Part shown: positions 46,411 through 56,736 of the stretch, one piece after another
Numbering within the stretch: position 1 is the stretch's first letter
How the letters are laid out: each line of letters starts with the position of its first letter
DNA from: a virus
Lineage: Duplodnaviria > Caudoviricetes
IMG/VR virus record: IMGVR_UViG_3300042923_000250
Span: 1-60,460 of that record
Length of the DNA: 60,460 bases
Strand: one strand, 5' to 3'
Translations under genes and position numbers: made by a program
Notes under the pieces: generated by a model
What the model was told of the DNA's origin: nothing
Database searches by the model: none
Seen by the model: the letters and a program-made list of their open reading frames with translations, nothing else

Positions 46411-46596
46411 ATGCAAGCACCGTGCTATAAATGCACCGAGCGAAGTCCGGCTTGCCACGATGAATGTTCCAAGTATCAAGCCTACAAAGACCACCGTCAA
46501 GGCATAAACAACGCAAGGGCAAGACAAAATTTTCTACAAGATTATTTCAGAGATACTATAAATAAAGCAGAGAAACAAAGGAAATTACACGCATGA
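46411..46596 (+). CDS. Small Cys-rich hypothetical protein
   Basis: PCYKCTER..ACHDECSKY. Confidence 0.65.
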   Translation: MQAPCYKCTERSPACHDECSKYQAYKDHRQGINNARARQNFLQDYFRDTINKAEKQRKLHA

Positions 46597-46605
46597 GTTA
46601 GGAGA

Positions 46606-46851
46606 GTGAATATGCCAAACTGGGTAAAAACGTACAGAGATAAAGAGAAAGCCAGAACCCTTCGCAATATGCACAGAAAAAGAAACTACTCTAAAACTCA
46701 AGGCTATGTCAAAAGGGAATGGACACTTCAAGAGTTAGATATGATCGTAAATTCAGACAAAACAGACAGGAAACTATCTCATGAATTAAACCGCTCAATC
46801 CAATCCATTCAAATAAAGCGTTGCAGATTAAGGAAGGAAGTTGAGGTATAG
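46606..46851 (+). CDS. Myb/SANT-like HTH protein
   Basis: REWTLQE...DRKLSHELNRSIQSIQIKRCRL. Confidence 0.65.
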   Translation: MNMPNWVKTYRDKEKARTLRNMHRKRNYSKTQGYVKREWTLQELDMIVNSDKTDRKLSHELNRSIQSIQIKRCRLRKEVEV

Positions 46852-46853
46852 AT

Positions 46854-47060
46854 ATGGCAAGTATAACTGGGAAATACAGAAATATGCTTGATGGGTTACA
46901 GAAGACAGCTCGTCAAGTTGTTATGGATGAAATCGAGGAAGAGGTTAAGAGGGTTCGAGATTACGCAACCAACCTTGATACAAATAATTTCGAAGAGTTA
47001 CAAACCGGAATTGACACTATCAAGTTGGGATTGAAGGAATTGGCGGAAAAATTATATTAG
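46854..47060 (+). CDS. Hypothetical helical protein
   Basis: ORF in operon with RBS. Confidence 0.6.
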   Translation: MASITGKYRNMLDGLQKTARQVVMDEIEEEVKRVRDYATNLDTNNFEELQTGIDTIKLGLKELAEKLY

Positions 47061-47072
47061 GAGGGTGGAAAT

Positions 47073-47342
47073 TTGGAAAATATAAACGCAACCTATGATG
47101 CATCAATGGCAAATACAGCACAGACAATATTATGCAAGGAAAAAGGGTATCCGCATTTTGCACCAGGCAATGGAGTTTGCTGGAAATGTCATCAAAATAT
47201 TTACAAGCCAATTGAGCACGAACGAAGAGATTGGCAGACTCACGCAATAATTGGAAAATACATAACCGGAGTTTCAGTGGAAAAAGCAAGCACAGAACTA
47301 GTAACTGGTTGTCCGCATTGTAACCGTTCGTATTGTGATTAA
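47073..47342 (+). CDS. Zn-binding hypothetical protein
   Basis: PHFAP.NGVCWKC...TGCPHCNRSYCD. Confidence 0.7.
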   Translation: MENINATYDASMANTAQTILCKEKGYPHFAPGNGVCWKCHQNIYKPIEHERRDWQTHAIIGKYITGVSVEKASTELVTGCPHCNRSYCD

Positions 47343-47358
47343 GAAAATAGAGGATAAA

Positions 47359-47562
47359 AAAATGGCATTAGATAAAATCAAAGAAATTGCACGGCTGCTT
47401 GATGGCAAGGGTGAAATTCTCATTAGGAACGACGTGGTGAGCGGCGTATGGTATGTACATTGTTGGTGGGAGGATGGATACAGAGATATTCATAATCAAT
47501 TTACGCCAAATCTAGATAAGACACTTGACTTAATTATAGAAAAATTAGGAGGTACCGAATGA
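47359..47562 (+). CDS. Hypothetical protein
   Basis: ORF in operon; start approximate. Confidence 0.55.
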   Translation, partial: KMALDKIKEIARLLDGKGEILIRNDVVSGVWYVHCWWEDGYRDIHNQFTPNLDKTLDLIIEKLGGTE

Positions 47563-48566
47563 CCAAAAAAAACGAAGTAACCACCCAACAACACACCACC
47601 GAATTATCCCCAAGTGCTAAATTTTCAACCTACGCACTAAAGGAATTTGCATCACAAGTCGGAGGAGAAGTCAACGCTACACAATATCAAACTTCCCTCA
47701 TGCAAGGTTATTTTATAGGGATTGATAGAGCATTAAGAATAGCTGACGAAAGGCGAATAACCAAAAATGAAACCAACACCAATAAAGCCTATAACAACGA
47801 CTTACCTATCACATGGAATACGATCAAATTAAACGAAACCGTCCTTGATGCTGTCCACTACGCAAAAATGGGATTGGATATGCTGCAGCCGAACCACTTA
47901 ACAGTAATTCCTTATAAGGACAAAAAAACCAATAAATATGATATTACCTTCATAAAGGGTTATGCCGGAATCCAATACATAGCTGAAAAATACGCATTGG
48001 ACAAGCCCAAGGACGTAACCACCGAATTAGTTTATTCCACTGATGTGTTTAAGCCTGTTAAAAAGAATGCTGTCAATGCAGTCGAATCCTACGAGTTTGA
48101 AATTATCAATCCGTTTGACCGTGGAAAAGTAATCGGGGGCTTCGGATACATACAATACGACGACCCCACCAAAAACAAACTAATCATCATGACCATGAAG
48201 GATATCGAAAAACGCAAACCGAAATTTGCTTCTGCTGAATTCTGGGGCGGTACGAAAATCGAATATCAGAACGGTAAAAAGGTTGAAGTCGAAACAGATG
48301 GATGGTTCGAAGAGATGTGTATGAAGACTCTAAAACGATATGTGTATGGTGAAAAATTCATTGAAACTGACCCTATGAAAGTTGATGAAAATTACCAATA
48401 TATGAAGATAGCGGAGTCCCGATATGTGGAACTTGAAACCAAAGCTATTATCGATGAACAAGCCAATACGGAAGAATTTGAAATGCCTGAGAGTGAGTCA
48501 GAAAAAGAAACTGTCAGAGCGGAAGTAGTTGAACCTGAGCAATCAGTATTCGAACAGGAGGAATAA
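47559..48566 (+). CDS. recT: RecT-family single-strand annealing recombinase
   Basis: GLD...H...IPY...F.KGY.G, ELVYSTD.F, PFDRG.V.GG, MCMKT. Confidence 0.85.
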   Translation: MTKKNEVTTQQHTTELSPSAKFSTYALKEFASQVGGEVNATQYQTSLMQGYFIGIDRALRIADERRITKNETNTNKAYNNDLPITWNTIKLNETVLDAVHYAKMGLDMLQPNHLTVIPYKDKKTNKYDITFIKGYAGIQYIAEKYALDKPKDVTTELVYSTDVFKPVKKNAVNAVESYEFEIINPFDRGKVIGGFGYIQYDDPTKNKLIIMTMKDIEKRKPKFASAEFWGGTKIEYQNGKKVEVETDGWFEEMCMKTLKRYVYGEKFIETDPMKVDENYQYMKIAESRYVELETKAIIDEQANTEEFEMPESESEKETVRAEVVEPEQSVFEQEE

Positions 48567-48569
48567 ATC

Positions 48570-48839
48570 ATGAGCAAAGAAAGTGGAAGCAATAACAGCA
48601 GTTCAAGCGGAATTGGATTTTGTGGATTATTAACAATTGTATTTATCGTTTTGAAATTAACGCATTTTATTAATTGGTCATGGTTGTGGGTGCTTGCACC
48701 GTCATGGATACCATTAGCAATCGTTATTGTAGTTGCGCTTATATGTGTAGCTGTTGGAGTAATTCAACACATTATTAGAATTATTAAGCATAACAAACGA
48801 TTAAAAGCCAAAAGGAAAAGCCAAGGTGATGTAGCGTGA
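48570..48839 (+). CDS. Membrane protein
   Basis: GIGFCGLLTIVFIVLKL...INWSWLWVLAP. Confidence 0.8.
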   Translation: MSKESGSNNSSSSGIGFCGLLTIVFIVLKLTHFINWSWLWVLAPSWIPLAIVIVVALICVAVGVIQHIIRIIKHNKRLKAKRKSQGDVA

Positions 48840-49582
48840 AATTAATTTGTTTGGGTTCTTCATCTGCCGGAAATACATATTTACTTGAATCTGATACGGA
48901 ATGCCTTGTCTTAGAGGCGGGCATTCCCTTTAAAAAAGTTAAAGAGGCTTTGAGTTTTGATGTGTTAAAGATTGTCGGAGTAGTTGCTTCTCATTTACAC
49001 AAAGACCATTTCGGCTACGCAGAAGAATATTTGAAATGTGGTATCCCTGTTTATGCAAGCGAAGAAACTCATAGTTCCATCGGCAAGAAATACGAAAACC
49101 AAATTACTGTCAAGTGTGGCTACTGGTATCAGATAGGTGGATTTAATATTACCCCCTTTGAATGTACCCACGATGTGGAGTGTTATGGATTTATAATCCG
49201 TCATGACGAAATCGGAACATTATTATTTGCTACCGATACCTCATTTATAAAAACCAATTTCAAAAAACTTGCCGTCAACCATATCCTAATTGAAGCTAAC
49301 TACTCCGAGGAAATCGTAAATGAATATTTGAGGTTAGGAACCATAGACCAAGCAAGAGTAGATAGGACTTTGAGAACCCACATGGAAATTGGAACTACGA
49401 AGGAATTTATTCGGAGCAATCAAACCGCTTCGCTTGACAGCATCGTACTTCTCCACTTGTCGGATGGAAATTCGAATGAGAATCAATTCCTCGAAGAAGT
49501 CCAAGAGGTTGTCGGGGATGGCGTAAAGGTGTTTGTGGCAGATAAGGGATTAACTATTAACTTGGACATTTGTCCATTCTAA
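48836..49582 (+). CDS. MBL-fold metallohydrolase (exonuclease partner of RecT)
   Basis: LGSSSAGN, SHLHKDH, HD, ATDT, IEANY, LLHLS. Confidence 0.88.
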   Translation: MKLICLGSSSAGNTYLLESDTECLVLEAGIPFKKVKEALSFDVLKIVGVVASHLHKDHFGYAEEYLKCGIPVYASEETHSSIGKKYENQITVKCGYWYQIGGFNITPFECTHDVECYGFIIRHDEIGTLLFATDTSFIKTNFKKLAVNHILIEANYSEEIVNEYLRLGTIDQARVDRTLRTHMEIGTTKEFIRSNQTASLDSIVLLHLSDGNSNENQFLEEVQEVVGDGVKVFVADKGLTINLDICPF

Positions 49583-49600
49583 GAAAGGAAATGCTAAATT

Positions 49601-49798
49601 ATGATTTTATTAATTATTGCAATAATCTTATTTGCAATCAATATCGTCACTGACATAGCTTATTGCACTACAAAGAATAAATACATCAAGGTGATGGAAC
49701 AACAGAACGCATTATTGTTTGAGACTTTGCATGAAAGCAATCAAATTATGGGTGAAATTATTAAGGAGTCCACTAGGAAAGAAGGTGAACCCAAATGA
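49601..49798 (+). CDS. Small membrane-anchored protein
   Basis: N-terminal TM. Confidence 0.6.
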   Translation: MILLIIAIILFAINIVTDIAYCTTKNKYIKVMEQQNALLFETLHESNQIMGEIIKESTRKEGEPK

Positions 49799-49956
49799 AA
49801 GTTTATTGCATTGATACGGATTGCCCGAATAAACCCGATGGTTACGCAATATGTACGGCACTAATGAAACCTCAAGATTGTCCTAAGAGATTAAACAAAG
49901 ATGCCGTCAAGTCAGTAACTGAACCGAAGAAAAATTAATTAAGGGTGGGAAAAAGA

Positions 49957-50496
49957 ATGAGTACAGCAAAAACAACCGTAAGGGTTATTGTTACATATGA
50001 ATGCAATCGGAGTTGTCCGGGGTGTTGTAATGGACATGGGAACGTGGTTAGAAAGATTGAGGACGTTCAAGAGTTGTTGGGATATGAAGAGATTATTTTA
50101 ACTGGTGGAGAACCGATGTTGTACTTGATGGAACTAAATGACTTTGTTGTTGCACTTAGAAATATCGGATATAAAGGCAATATATATTTGTATACGGCAA
50201 CCGTAAATATTTCAAGTCCAGGCGTTATGCGACTATTGCGAGATATTGATGGAATTACATATACAATCCATGCAGAGGCTAATGATAGCGACATTAAGTT
50301 ACTGAAATCATTATCCAGCTTATCAATCCTTGGTTATGAGAATTTTAGTAGCCGACTCATCATTGACAGCAGGGTTTATGACCGTTACGACTTCTCGAAT
50401 ATTGATTTAACAAATTGGGATGTTATTCGGAAATTACAGTGGAAGGATTATTGTCCACCAGCACCAAACGAAGAATTAGTGGAGTTTTTATTATAG
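49957..50496 (+). CDS. Minimal radical SAM protein
   Basis: CNRSCPGC (CxxxCxxC), LTGGEP. Confidence 0.85.
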   Translation: MSTAKTTVRVIVTYECNRSCPGCCNGHGNVVRKIEDVQELLGYEEIILTGGEPMLYLMELNDFVVALRNIGYKGNIYLYTATVNISSPGVMRLLRDIDGITYTIHAEANDSDIKLLKSLSSLSILGYENFSSRLIIDSRVYDRYDFSNIDLTNWDVIRKLQWKDYCPPAPNEELVEFLL

Positions 50497-50508
50497 GAAG
50501 GAGTAATT

Positions 50509-50754
50509 ATGAAAATAGGCGACAGAGTAAAAGTTATTCAATTGGTCTGTGATGATCAAAGCACGAATTTAGAAATCGGAACAATAGGCACTATAAAGGG
50601 TGGTAATGGCTCTATGTCAGTTGTTGATGTTGATTTTAGCGAGACGTTTCCTTTCTCGGGAAGTAATGCAAGTTGCAATAGCGATGGTACATATCAGATG
50701 TATGCACATCAATTAGAAATAATCGAAGAAAACGGAGGAAACAACAATGAATAA
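50509..50754 (+). CDS. SH3/KOW-like hypothetical protein
   Basis: MKIGDRVKV...IGTIGTI...QLEII. Confidence 0.65.
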   Translation: MKIGDRVKVIQLVCDDQSTNLEIGTIGTIKGGNGSMSVVDVDFSETFPFSGSNASCNSDGTYQMYAHQLEIIEENGGNNNE

Positions 50755-51178
50755 ATGGATAGGATGCGGAAGACTCACGAGAGACCCAGAAGTTAGATAT
50801 TCACAAGGAGAAAACTCAACAGCAATCGCAAGATTTACATTAGCGGTTGACCGCAAGTTCAAGAGAGCAGGCGAGACACAGGATGCTGATTTCATCGGCT
50901 GCATCGCTTTCGGCAAACAGGCAGAATTCGTAGAGAAGTATTTCAAGCAGGGTATGAAGATGGTTCTGGTAGGAAAAATTCAATCCGGCAGCTATACCAA
51001 CAAAGACGGTCAAAAAGTATACACGACCGATGTTGTAGCAGAAGATATAGAATTTGCAGAGAGCAAGAGAGATAATGGCGGTCAAGGTGGTTCAAGTAGA
51101 CCGGAGCCGAGTTCCGCAATGGGTGACGGGTTCATTAACATCCCGGACGGTATTGACGAAGAATTACCATTCAACTAG
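50747..51178 (+). CDS. ssb: Single-stranded DNA-binding protein
   Basis: GRLTRDPEVRY, FTLAVDR, DFI, acidic tail DEELPFN. Confidence 0.95.
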   Translation: MNKWIGCGRLTRDPEVRYSQGENSTAIARFTLAVDRKFKRAGETQDADFIGCIAFGKQAEFVEKYFKQGMKMVLVGKIQSGSYTNKDGQKVYTTDVVAEDIEFAESKRDNGGQGGSSRPEPSSAMGDGFINIPDGIDEELPFN

Positions 51179-51188
51179 GAGGTTGCTT

Positions 51189-51407
51189 ATGAAAATTACG
51201 GTAACAGATTGTAATCAATGTATACATAATAAGGTTTGTTCGCATAAGGGAGAATTAAATTACCTTAAGAGTAAATTCGAAAATATGCAATACAGAGATC
51301 CACCGAACGGTGATTATGCCGTCAAGGATATAAACCCGAATGTTGATATCGATTTTAAATGTCCTGACTTTTACAAAAACATTGTTCAAAGAGGGGTGGT
51401 TTCATGA
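51189..51407 (+). CDS. Cys-rich hypothetical protein
   Basis: ATG 51189 after GGAGG; CNQCIHNKVC. Confidence 0.6.
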   Translation: MKITVTDCNQCIHNKVCSHKGELNYLKSKFENMQYRDPPNGDYAVKDINPNVDIDFKCPDFYKNIVQRGVVS

Positions 51408-51781
51408 GTAATCAAAAACCATCCACCTACATAGAAGCCTTCCTCAACTTCATCGACTCCGCAAAATCCTCATATCAATTCGCCTACGACACCGTGGGCG
51501 AAGAGGACAAGCGATTACAAGATTATCTTCATGAGTTGGAGTTAGCCGAGGGTAAATCAGAGAAGGGTAAGGCTTCCACGAAGTTACGAAATAGTCGGAT
51601 TAGTCGGAGGATTAACAAAGATATAACACTTGAATATGAGGATATCGTTAATTTCTTCAACGAACCGAGAAACCGGGATACACTCAATCAACTTCGACAG
51701 CTTCTAGGTAGGCAGCGAAAAACCGAAAGTTATCTTTACGGTGAGAGGATTTATAAGCCGAGAAAGGATAAGGTAAATTGA
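51404..51781 (+). CDS. Hypothetical phage protein
   Basis: LQDYLHELEL...RRINKD...RIYKPR. Confidence 0.75.
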   Translation: MSNQKPSTYIEAFLNFIDSAKSSYQFAYDTVGEEDKRLQDYLHELELAEGKSEKGKASTKLRNSRISRRINKDITLEYEDIVNFFNEPRNRDTLNQLRQLLGRQRKTESYLYGERIYKPRKDKVN

Positions 51782-52626
51782 ACGAAAGTAACTATACGGT
51801 GTATATGCATATAACACCGAACGGGAAAAAATACATAGGCGTAACCAAACAAAAGTTAAGGGCAAGGTGGAAAAACGGTATTGGCTATAAACATAATCCA
51901 CTGTTTTATAAAGCTGTACTAAAATACGGCTGGGATAATATTCAACATATTGTACTACTCACTAATTTATCAAAACAAGATGCCGAGACAAATGAAATAC
52001 ATTTAATATCGGAACACAAAAGTAATCATCGGGATTTTGGATACAACATAGAAAACGGAGGTAACTGTTGCGGAACTCACAGCGAAGAAACAAAAAGAAA
52101 AATTGGTGCTAAAAGTAAGGGAAATCAGATTTGCAAAGGTCGTAAATTATCTAAATGGCACATCGAACAATTAAGAAAAGCGAATTTGGGACATGCAAGA
52201 TATAAAGGATGTCATCATTCAAAAGAAACTAAACTTAAAATGTCGGAAAGTGCAAAAAGGTATAAGAAAACTGAGCTGCATAGACTGCACATCAAGGAAA
52301 GCAGACGAGACACACATGGAATAAATAATCCTATGTACGGCAAACTCCAATCAGCTGAAACAAAGATCAAGATAAGCAATGCTTTAAAAGGAAGAAAGGC
52401 TACGCAAGAGCAGATTACGGCTATGTCTGAGAGGGCAAGAAAAAGAAAAGTGATTAAACTCGACATATACGGCAATGCAATTTGTGAATATGAAAGCTTA
52501 AAAGTTGCAGGCGAGGAAAACCATGTATTTCCTCAAAACATAGGATTGTGCTGTAAAAATAATAGCAAAACTATTGGTGGTTATAAATGGAGGTATGTAA
52601 ATGAACAGTCTGACCATACAGGTTGA
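51778..52626 (+). CDS. GIY-YIG homing endonuclease with NUMOD3/NUMOD1 repeats
   Basis: VYMH..PNGKKYIG.T, GYNI..GG, HSEETKRKI repeats, GGYKWRY. Confidence 0.88.
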   Translation: MNESNYTVYMHITPNGKKYIGVTKQKLRARWKNGIGYKHNPLFYKAVLKYGWDNIQHIVLLTNLSKQDAETNEIHLISEHKSNHRDFGYNIENGGNCCGTHSEETKRKIGAKSKGNQICKGRKLSKWHIEQLRKANLGHARYKGCHHSKETKLKMSESAKRYKKTELHRLHIKESRRDTHGINNPMYGKLQSAETKIKISNALKGRKATQEQITAMSERARKRKVIKLDIYGNAICEYESLKVAGEENHVFPQNIGLCCKNNSKTIGGYKWRYVNEQSDHTG

Positions 52627-53173
52627 CAGCAGGGAGAAGGCTAGAGCAATAACAAAAATTATCGCTGAATTTGAACGTCAAGGAATTAAGTATTACATAA
52701 GCAAATTGTGGACGGGTGATTATATGAGTTTAGACAATCCCAGACTGATAATTGACAGGAAACAATCGCTTTCCGAGACTTGTTCAAATGTATGTCAACA
52801 ACACGTTAGGTTTAGAAAAGAGTTGGTGCGAGCAAATGAGATGGGTATAAAGCTTATTATCTTGGTTGAGCATGGCGGCAACATTAAATCTCTTGAAGAT
52901 GTGAAATCATGGATAAACCCGAGAATTTTCCTCTATGAAAAGAAAATCCGTAAGGAATGGAATATATCGAAGGATGCTGATTTTCAGACCGAGATTACCG
53001 AGCTGAAATCCCATGGTGCAAAAATTGTCCGCGGGCCCACTACGGGAGAAGAGTTATACAAGGCAATGGTTACGATGCAAGAGAAATACGGTTGCCAATT
53101 CGTATTTACTGATAAAAAATCATGCGGTCAAATAATTATAGAGTTGTTGGGCGGTGATTCACATGATGATTAG
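52601..53173 (+). CDS. ERCC4-domain nuclease (resolvase-like)
   Basis: VDSREK, GDY, IDRK, RFRKEL.RA, ILVEH. Confidence 0.85.
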   Translation: MNSLTIQVDSREKARAITKIIAEFERQGIKYYISKLWTGDYMSLDNPRLIIDRKQSLSETCSNVCQQHVRFRKELVRANEMGIKLIILVEHGGNIKSLEDVKSWINPRIFLYEKKIRKEWNISKDADFQTEITELKSHGAKIVRGPTTGEELYKAMVTMQEKYGCQFVFTDKKSCGQIIIELLGGDSHDD

Positions 53174-53402
53174 ATTTGATACAGCACTCGTCCTCTTCCT
53201 CCTATTGATAATATTTTTCTTAATCCGTGAAATTTATATCAAGGCTGCATATAAAAACGGAGATTACTCCGAGGGATACCGTCAAGCAATTAATGATGTG
53301 GCGAAGAAATATAATGATTTGCATTATAAGGGCGTTAACAATCGACTAATGGTTGAGGGTATCCACAAGTACCTCCAAGGTAAATTGAACGGAGGCGGTT
53401 AA
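53163..53402 (+). CDS. Small membrane-anchored protein
   Basis: N-terminal TM. Confidence 0.6.
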   Translation: MMIRFDTALVLFLLLIIFFLIREIYIKAAYKNGDYSEGYRQAINDVAKKYNDLHYKGVNNRLMVEGIHKYLQGKLNGGG

Positions 53403-53588
53403 TCTGATTGAGATTAAGTGTAACGAAGCACAACAAATTTTTCTCAAACGGAATTTAACCACTAAGGAGCATTGTACGATGTGTGATTATAAGCCGCGGT
53501 GTGAAAAGCCAGAGGATATGACTTGTGGGGAATATTGGATGAGTTTGATTAAATGGAATGTGGTCGATGAACCACGGAAAGGATAATT

Positions 53589-53816
53589 ATGAGTAAAGTT
53601 ATTGTTAAAATCAAAGACGAAGATGAAAACAGAATATACAGCGTAACCGAAAGAGATTGTGTTTTTAAATGTCCGTCATGTGGAAAAGAAAATAAAGTTA
53701 ATAAAACTAATGTTGAAAATCCTCCGATATGTAAATGCGGTCACAAAATGACATTTCGTTGGTGGGCTGACAGGGAAGATATTGAGTTTGAAGAACTCGA
53801 TGAAGTGAATGACTAA
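53589..53816 (+). CDS. Zinc-ribbon protein
   Basis: FKCPSCG...CKCG. Confidence 0.6.
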   Translation: MSKVIVKIKDEDENRIYSVTERDCVFKCPSCGKENKVNKTNVENPPICKCGHKMTFRWWADREDIEFEELDEVND

Positions 53817-54339
53817 AGAAGATTTCTATATCCTCCGCAACTCAATAACTATGCGTCAAGTAGCAGGGTATTACGGATTTCGCATTGACCGAAAAGGTTT
53901 CATCAAGTGTCCGTTTCATGGAAATGGCAGTGAGCGGACACCAAGCCTTAAGATTTTTCCAGAGTTTAGAGGTTTTCACTGCAAGGGATGCGGTCAAGGC
54001 GGCGATGTTACGAAGTTTGTTGAACTCTATGAAAATGTTACTCAAAAGGAAGCTGCCATCCTGCTATCTCAGAGATTTAACATTCCTATATCAGACAACT
54101 CCGAGATACCCGAGGAAGTCCTACATAGGGCGAAACAAGCCGAATTAGAGCGACAGGGTAAACTTGCACGGCAAATCGAAATTCAAAGCGAATTAAGGCA
54201 AATAGCAACGTTGATAAAGGGATATGAGGGCATTCGCTTGACAGCAGTTCCCTTCTCTGAAATTTGGTGTTACACCCAGAACGAATTACCGAAACTCATT
54301 GGAAGATGGGAATACCTATTTAGTGAAATGAGGAAATAA
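53809..54339 (+). CDS. CHC2 zinc-finger (primase ZBD-only) protein
   Basis: CPFH...ERTPSL...FHCKGCGQGGDV. Confidence 0.88.
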   Translation: MTKEDFYILRNSITMRQVAGYYGFRIDRKGFIKCPFHGNGSERTPSLKIFPEFRGFHCKGCGQGGDVTKFVELYENVTQKEAAILLSQRFNIPISDNSEIPEEVLHRAKQAELERQGKLARQIEIQSELRQIATLIKGYEGIRLTAVPFSEIWCYTQNELPKLIGRWEYLFSEMRK

Positions 54340-54377
54340 CATATTGAAAACCTTACACAGAATCGAGGTGATAACTC

Positions 54378-54836
54378 ATGACGAAACCAATAATTGACGT
54401 ATGTTGCGGAAGTAAAATGTTTTGGTTTGACAAGGAAAATGAAAAAGTAATTTTTATGGACAATAGGCAGTTCGAAGATACTCTTTGCGATGGAAGAAAG
54501 CTTATCATAAACCCCGATGTTTTAGGAGATTTCAGACATATCCCGTATGAAGATAATTCGTTCAAGATGGTCGTGTTTGACCCTCCACATTTAATAAAAG
54601 TTGGTGAAAAATCTTGGTTGGCCAAGAAGTACGGAAAACTAAACGAAACATGGGCAAGCGATATAAAACAAGGCTTTAATGAGTGCATGAGAGTTTTGGA
54701 TTGCAACGGAGTCTTGATTTTCAAATGGAACGAGGAGCAAATTAAATTAAAACAAATACTTGATGCAATAGATTACAAACCTTTATTTGGCGACAGGAGA
54801 GGAAAAACACATTGGCTAGTATTTATGAAAATATAG
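54378..54836 (+). CDS. SAM-dependent amino-methyltransferase (putative DNA MTase)
   Basis: IDVCCGSKMFW, VVFDPPH, LIFKW. Confidence 0.8.
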   Translation: MTKPIIDVCCGSKMFWFDKENEKVIFMDNRQFEDTLCDGRKLIINPDVLGDFRHIPYEDNSFKMVVFDPPHLIKVGEKSWLAKKYGKLNETWASDIKQGFNECMRVLDCNGVLIFKWNEEQIKLKQILDAIDYKPLFGDRRGKTHWLVFMKI

Positions 54837-54873
54837 TGAATTGCATTCACGGTAGAATCGAGGTGACAACCTT

Positions 54874-56487
54874 GTGCCAAAAGATATAAAAGATATGAAC
54901 TCCGACGATGTCATATCAACCGAAACGTTTTGTTGGGCGTTTGATATAGAAAATTTATTCCTTCGGGAACAAACTATATCTGCATTGGAAGACCAAGCTG
55001 ATAAGTTAGGTATCAAAACAAAATTTGGGAAGCTCCTCACCGCATTTAAAGCCGAACGAAAGAGATTTGAAACCGAGAATAAACCCAAGCCAAATTATCC
55101 CGACAAGGAAGAACCCGATGACGGACAACCCAATAAAGCCAAATGGCATGAATACAACAAAGATGGAACCCCTATCAATGTAATGGATGCTAAGTTGGTT
55201 GATTATATCATAACAAATTATCACTTGTTTGTAATTTCGAAAATGCCATATATCTACGAGAATGGAGTCTACCGAATTGATGATACAGAAACCAGATTAA
55301 AGGCAATCATCCAAGAGTTAATACACGAAAGGTTGATAACAATCAATGTGGTTAATAGGATTTACGGACTGATTATTTCCAATGACAGGCTCCAAAGATA
55401 TTATGAGGACTTAAACAATATCCCGAGACATTGGATTAATTTTAAGAATTGTTACTTTGATGTAATTGAGTGGGAGGAAATCGAACACGACCCAAGGTAT
55501 TTAACAATAAATCAGATACCTCATGAGTTTCAAAAGGATGCAGAGTCAACAGGTGAGGTTACGGAAAATTTCTTGGAATTTGCAGTACCCGATAAAGCTG
55601 ACCGAGAAGTTATCTGGCAATATTTTGGTTACTCCATGACAACAGATTGTAGCTTGCAGAAGTTTCTAATCCTCAAAGGCCAAGGCGGAACAGGAAAGTC
55701 ATTATTGATAAAAATTATTGAAACGATTGTCGGCAGAGAAAATTCTAGTAGTATTTCTCTTCAACAACTCAATGAAAAGTTTTACCCGTATATGCTCCTG
55801 GGGAAATTACTTAACGCTTGCGCCGATATCCCATCGAAAGCTATGGAAGCAGTTGATGGAATAAAGAAAGCAACAGGCGAAGATAGTTTATTTGCAGAGA
55901 AAAAAGGTAAGGATGGATTTTCTTTCAACTCCTACGCAAAGTTGATTTTCTCAGCAAATGAAATCCCCATTAATATAGAAGAAAAATCCGAAGCACTCTA
56001 CCGCCGGATGATGATTATCAAGATGGAAAATAAGCCGGAGAAGAAAGACCCTTATCTCTGGAGTAAATTAAAAAAGGAAATCGATTACGACATTATGGCA
56101 GCTTGCAAAGCACTTAAGAGAATGTACGAGAATGGAAAAATCACTGAAAGCCAAAACGTCCTTGATAATGTCACAGAAGTACACATGGAAGCTGACAATG
56201 TTATGGCATTCTTGGGAGAACGAACCAAGAAATTGATTGGAAAATCCACAACCACATCCGATTTATTCGAGGAGTACGAAAAATATTGTAAGGACAATGG
56301 TCGTAATCCTATGGGTAGTCATGGTTTCCACCGGAATATGAAGAATAAAGGTTACATCAAGAAGAAAACAAGTATGAGTTGGAAGTATGAAGATATTGTG
56401 ATTTTGGATGAAACAGAAACGGCTGAAAATGAAGGGTTTGTAACTATTGATGAAGCAGATAGAGAGAAGTTGCCTTGGGAGGTATAA
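54874..56487 (+). CDS. D5/P4-family SF3 helicase
   Basis: INFKN D5_N, GQGGTGKS, KKATGED, FSANEIP, RR. Confidence 0.9.
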   Translation: MPKDIKDMNSDDVISTETFCWAFDIENLFLREQTISALEDQADKLGIKTKFGKLLTAFKAERKRFETENKPKPNYPDKEEPDDGQPNKAKWHEYNKDGTPINVMDAKLVDYIITNYHLFVISKMPYIYENGVYRIDDTETRLKAIIQELIHERLITINVVNRIYGLIISNDRLQRYYEDLNNIPRHWINFKNCYFDVIEWEEIEHDPRYLTINQIPHEFQKDAESTGEVTENFLEFAVPDKADREVIWQYFGYSMTTDCSLQKFLILKGQGGTGKSLLIKIIETIVGRENSSSISLQQLNEKFYPYMLLGKLLNACADIPSKAMEAVDGIKKATGEDSLFAEKKGKDGFSFNSYAKLIFSANEIPINIEEKSEALYRRMMIIKMENKPEKKDPYLWSKLKKEIDYDIMAACKALKRMYENGKITESQNVLDNVTEVHMEADNVMAFLGERTKKLIGKSTTTSDLFEEYEKYCKDNGRNPMGSHGFHRNMKNKGYIKKKTSMSWKYEDIVILDETETAENEGFVTIDEADREKLPWEV

Positions 56488-56493
56488 GCCATT

Positions 56494-56736
56494 ATGAATG
56501 AATTAGGAATGAGGGTTTCTAATCCAACACCGGAACAAGTTAAGTTGATATTTAAAGATACATATAATTTCTACCTTAAATGGATTGCTGTTAATGAGGT
56601 TGATTGGGGTATGGTTATTTCGGAATCACATGAAATTGAAGCCAAATATCCGTTTGAGTTAAATAGAAAGATTTTAGTTGAAATTGTAGCGGTTATCCAA
56701 GCCGACTACATGGGAAGGAGTAACAATGGGAATTAG
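56494..56736 (+). CDS. Hypothetical protein
   Basis: ORF with GGAGG RBS. Confidence 0.65.
   Translation: MNELGMRVSNPTPEQVKLIFKDTYNFYLKWIAVNEVDWGMVISESHEIEAKYPFELNRKILVEIVAVIQADYMGRSNNGN

Noticed and set aside
51778-52626. Group I intron around the GIY-YIG gene
   Set aside because: The ORF overlaps both neighbours, leaving no room for an intron core; neighbours look complete
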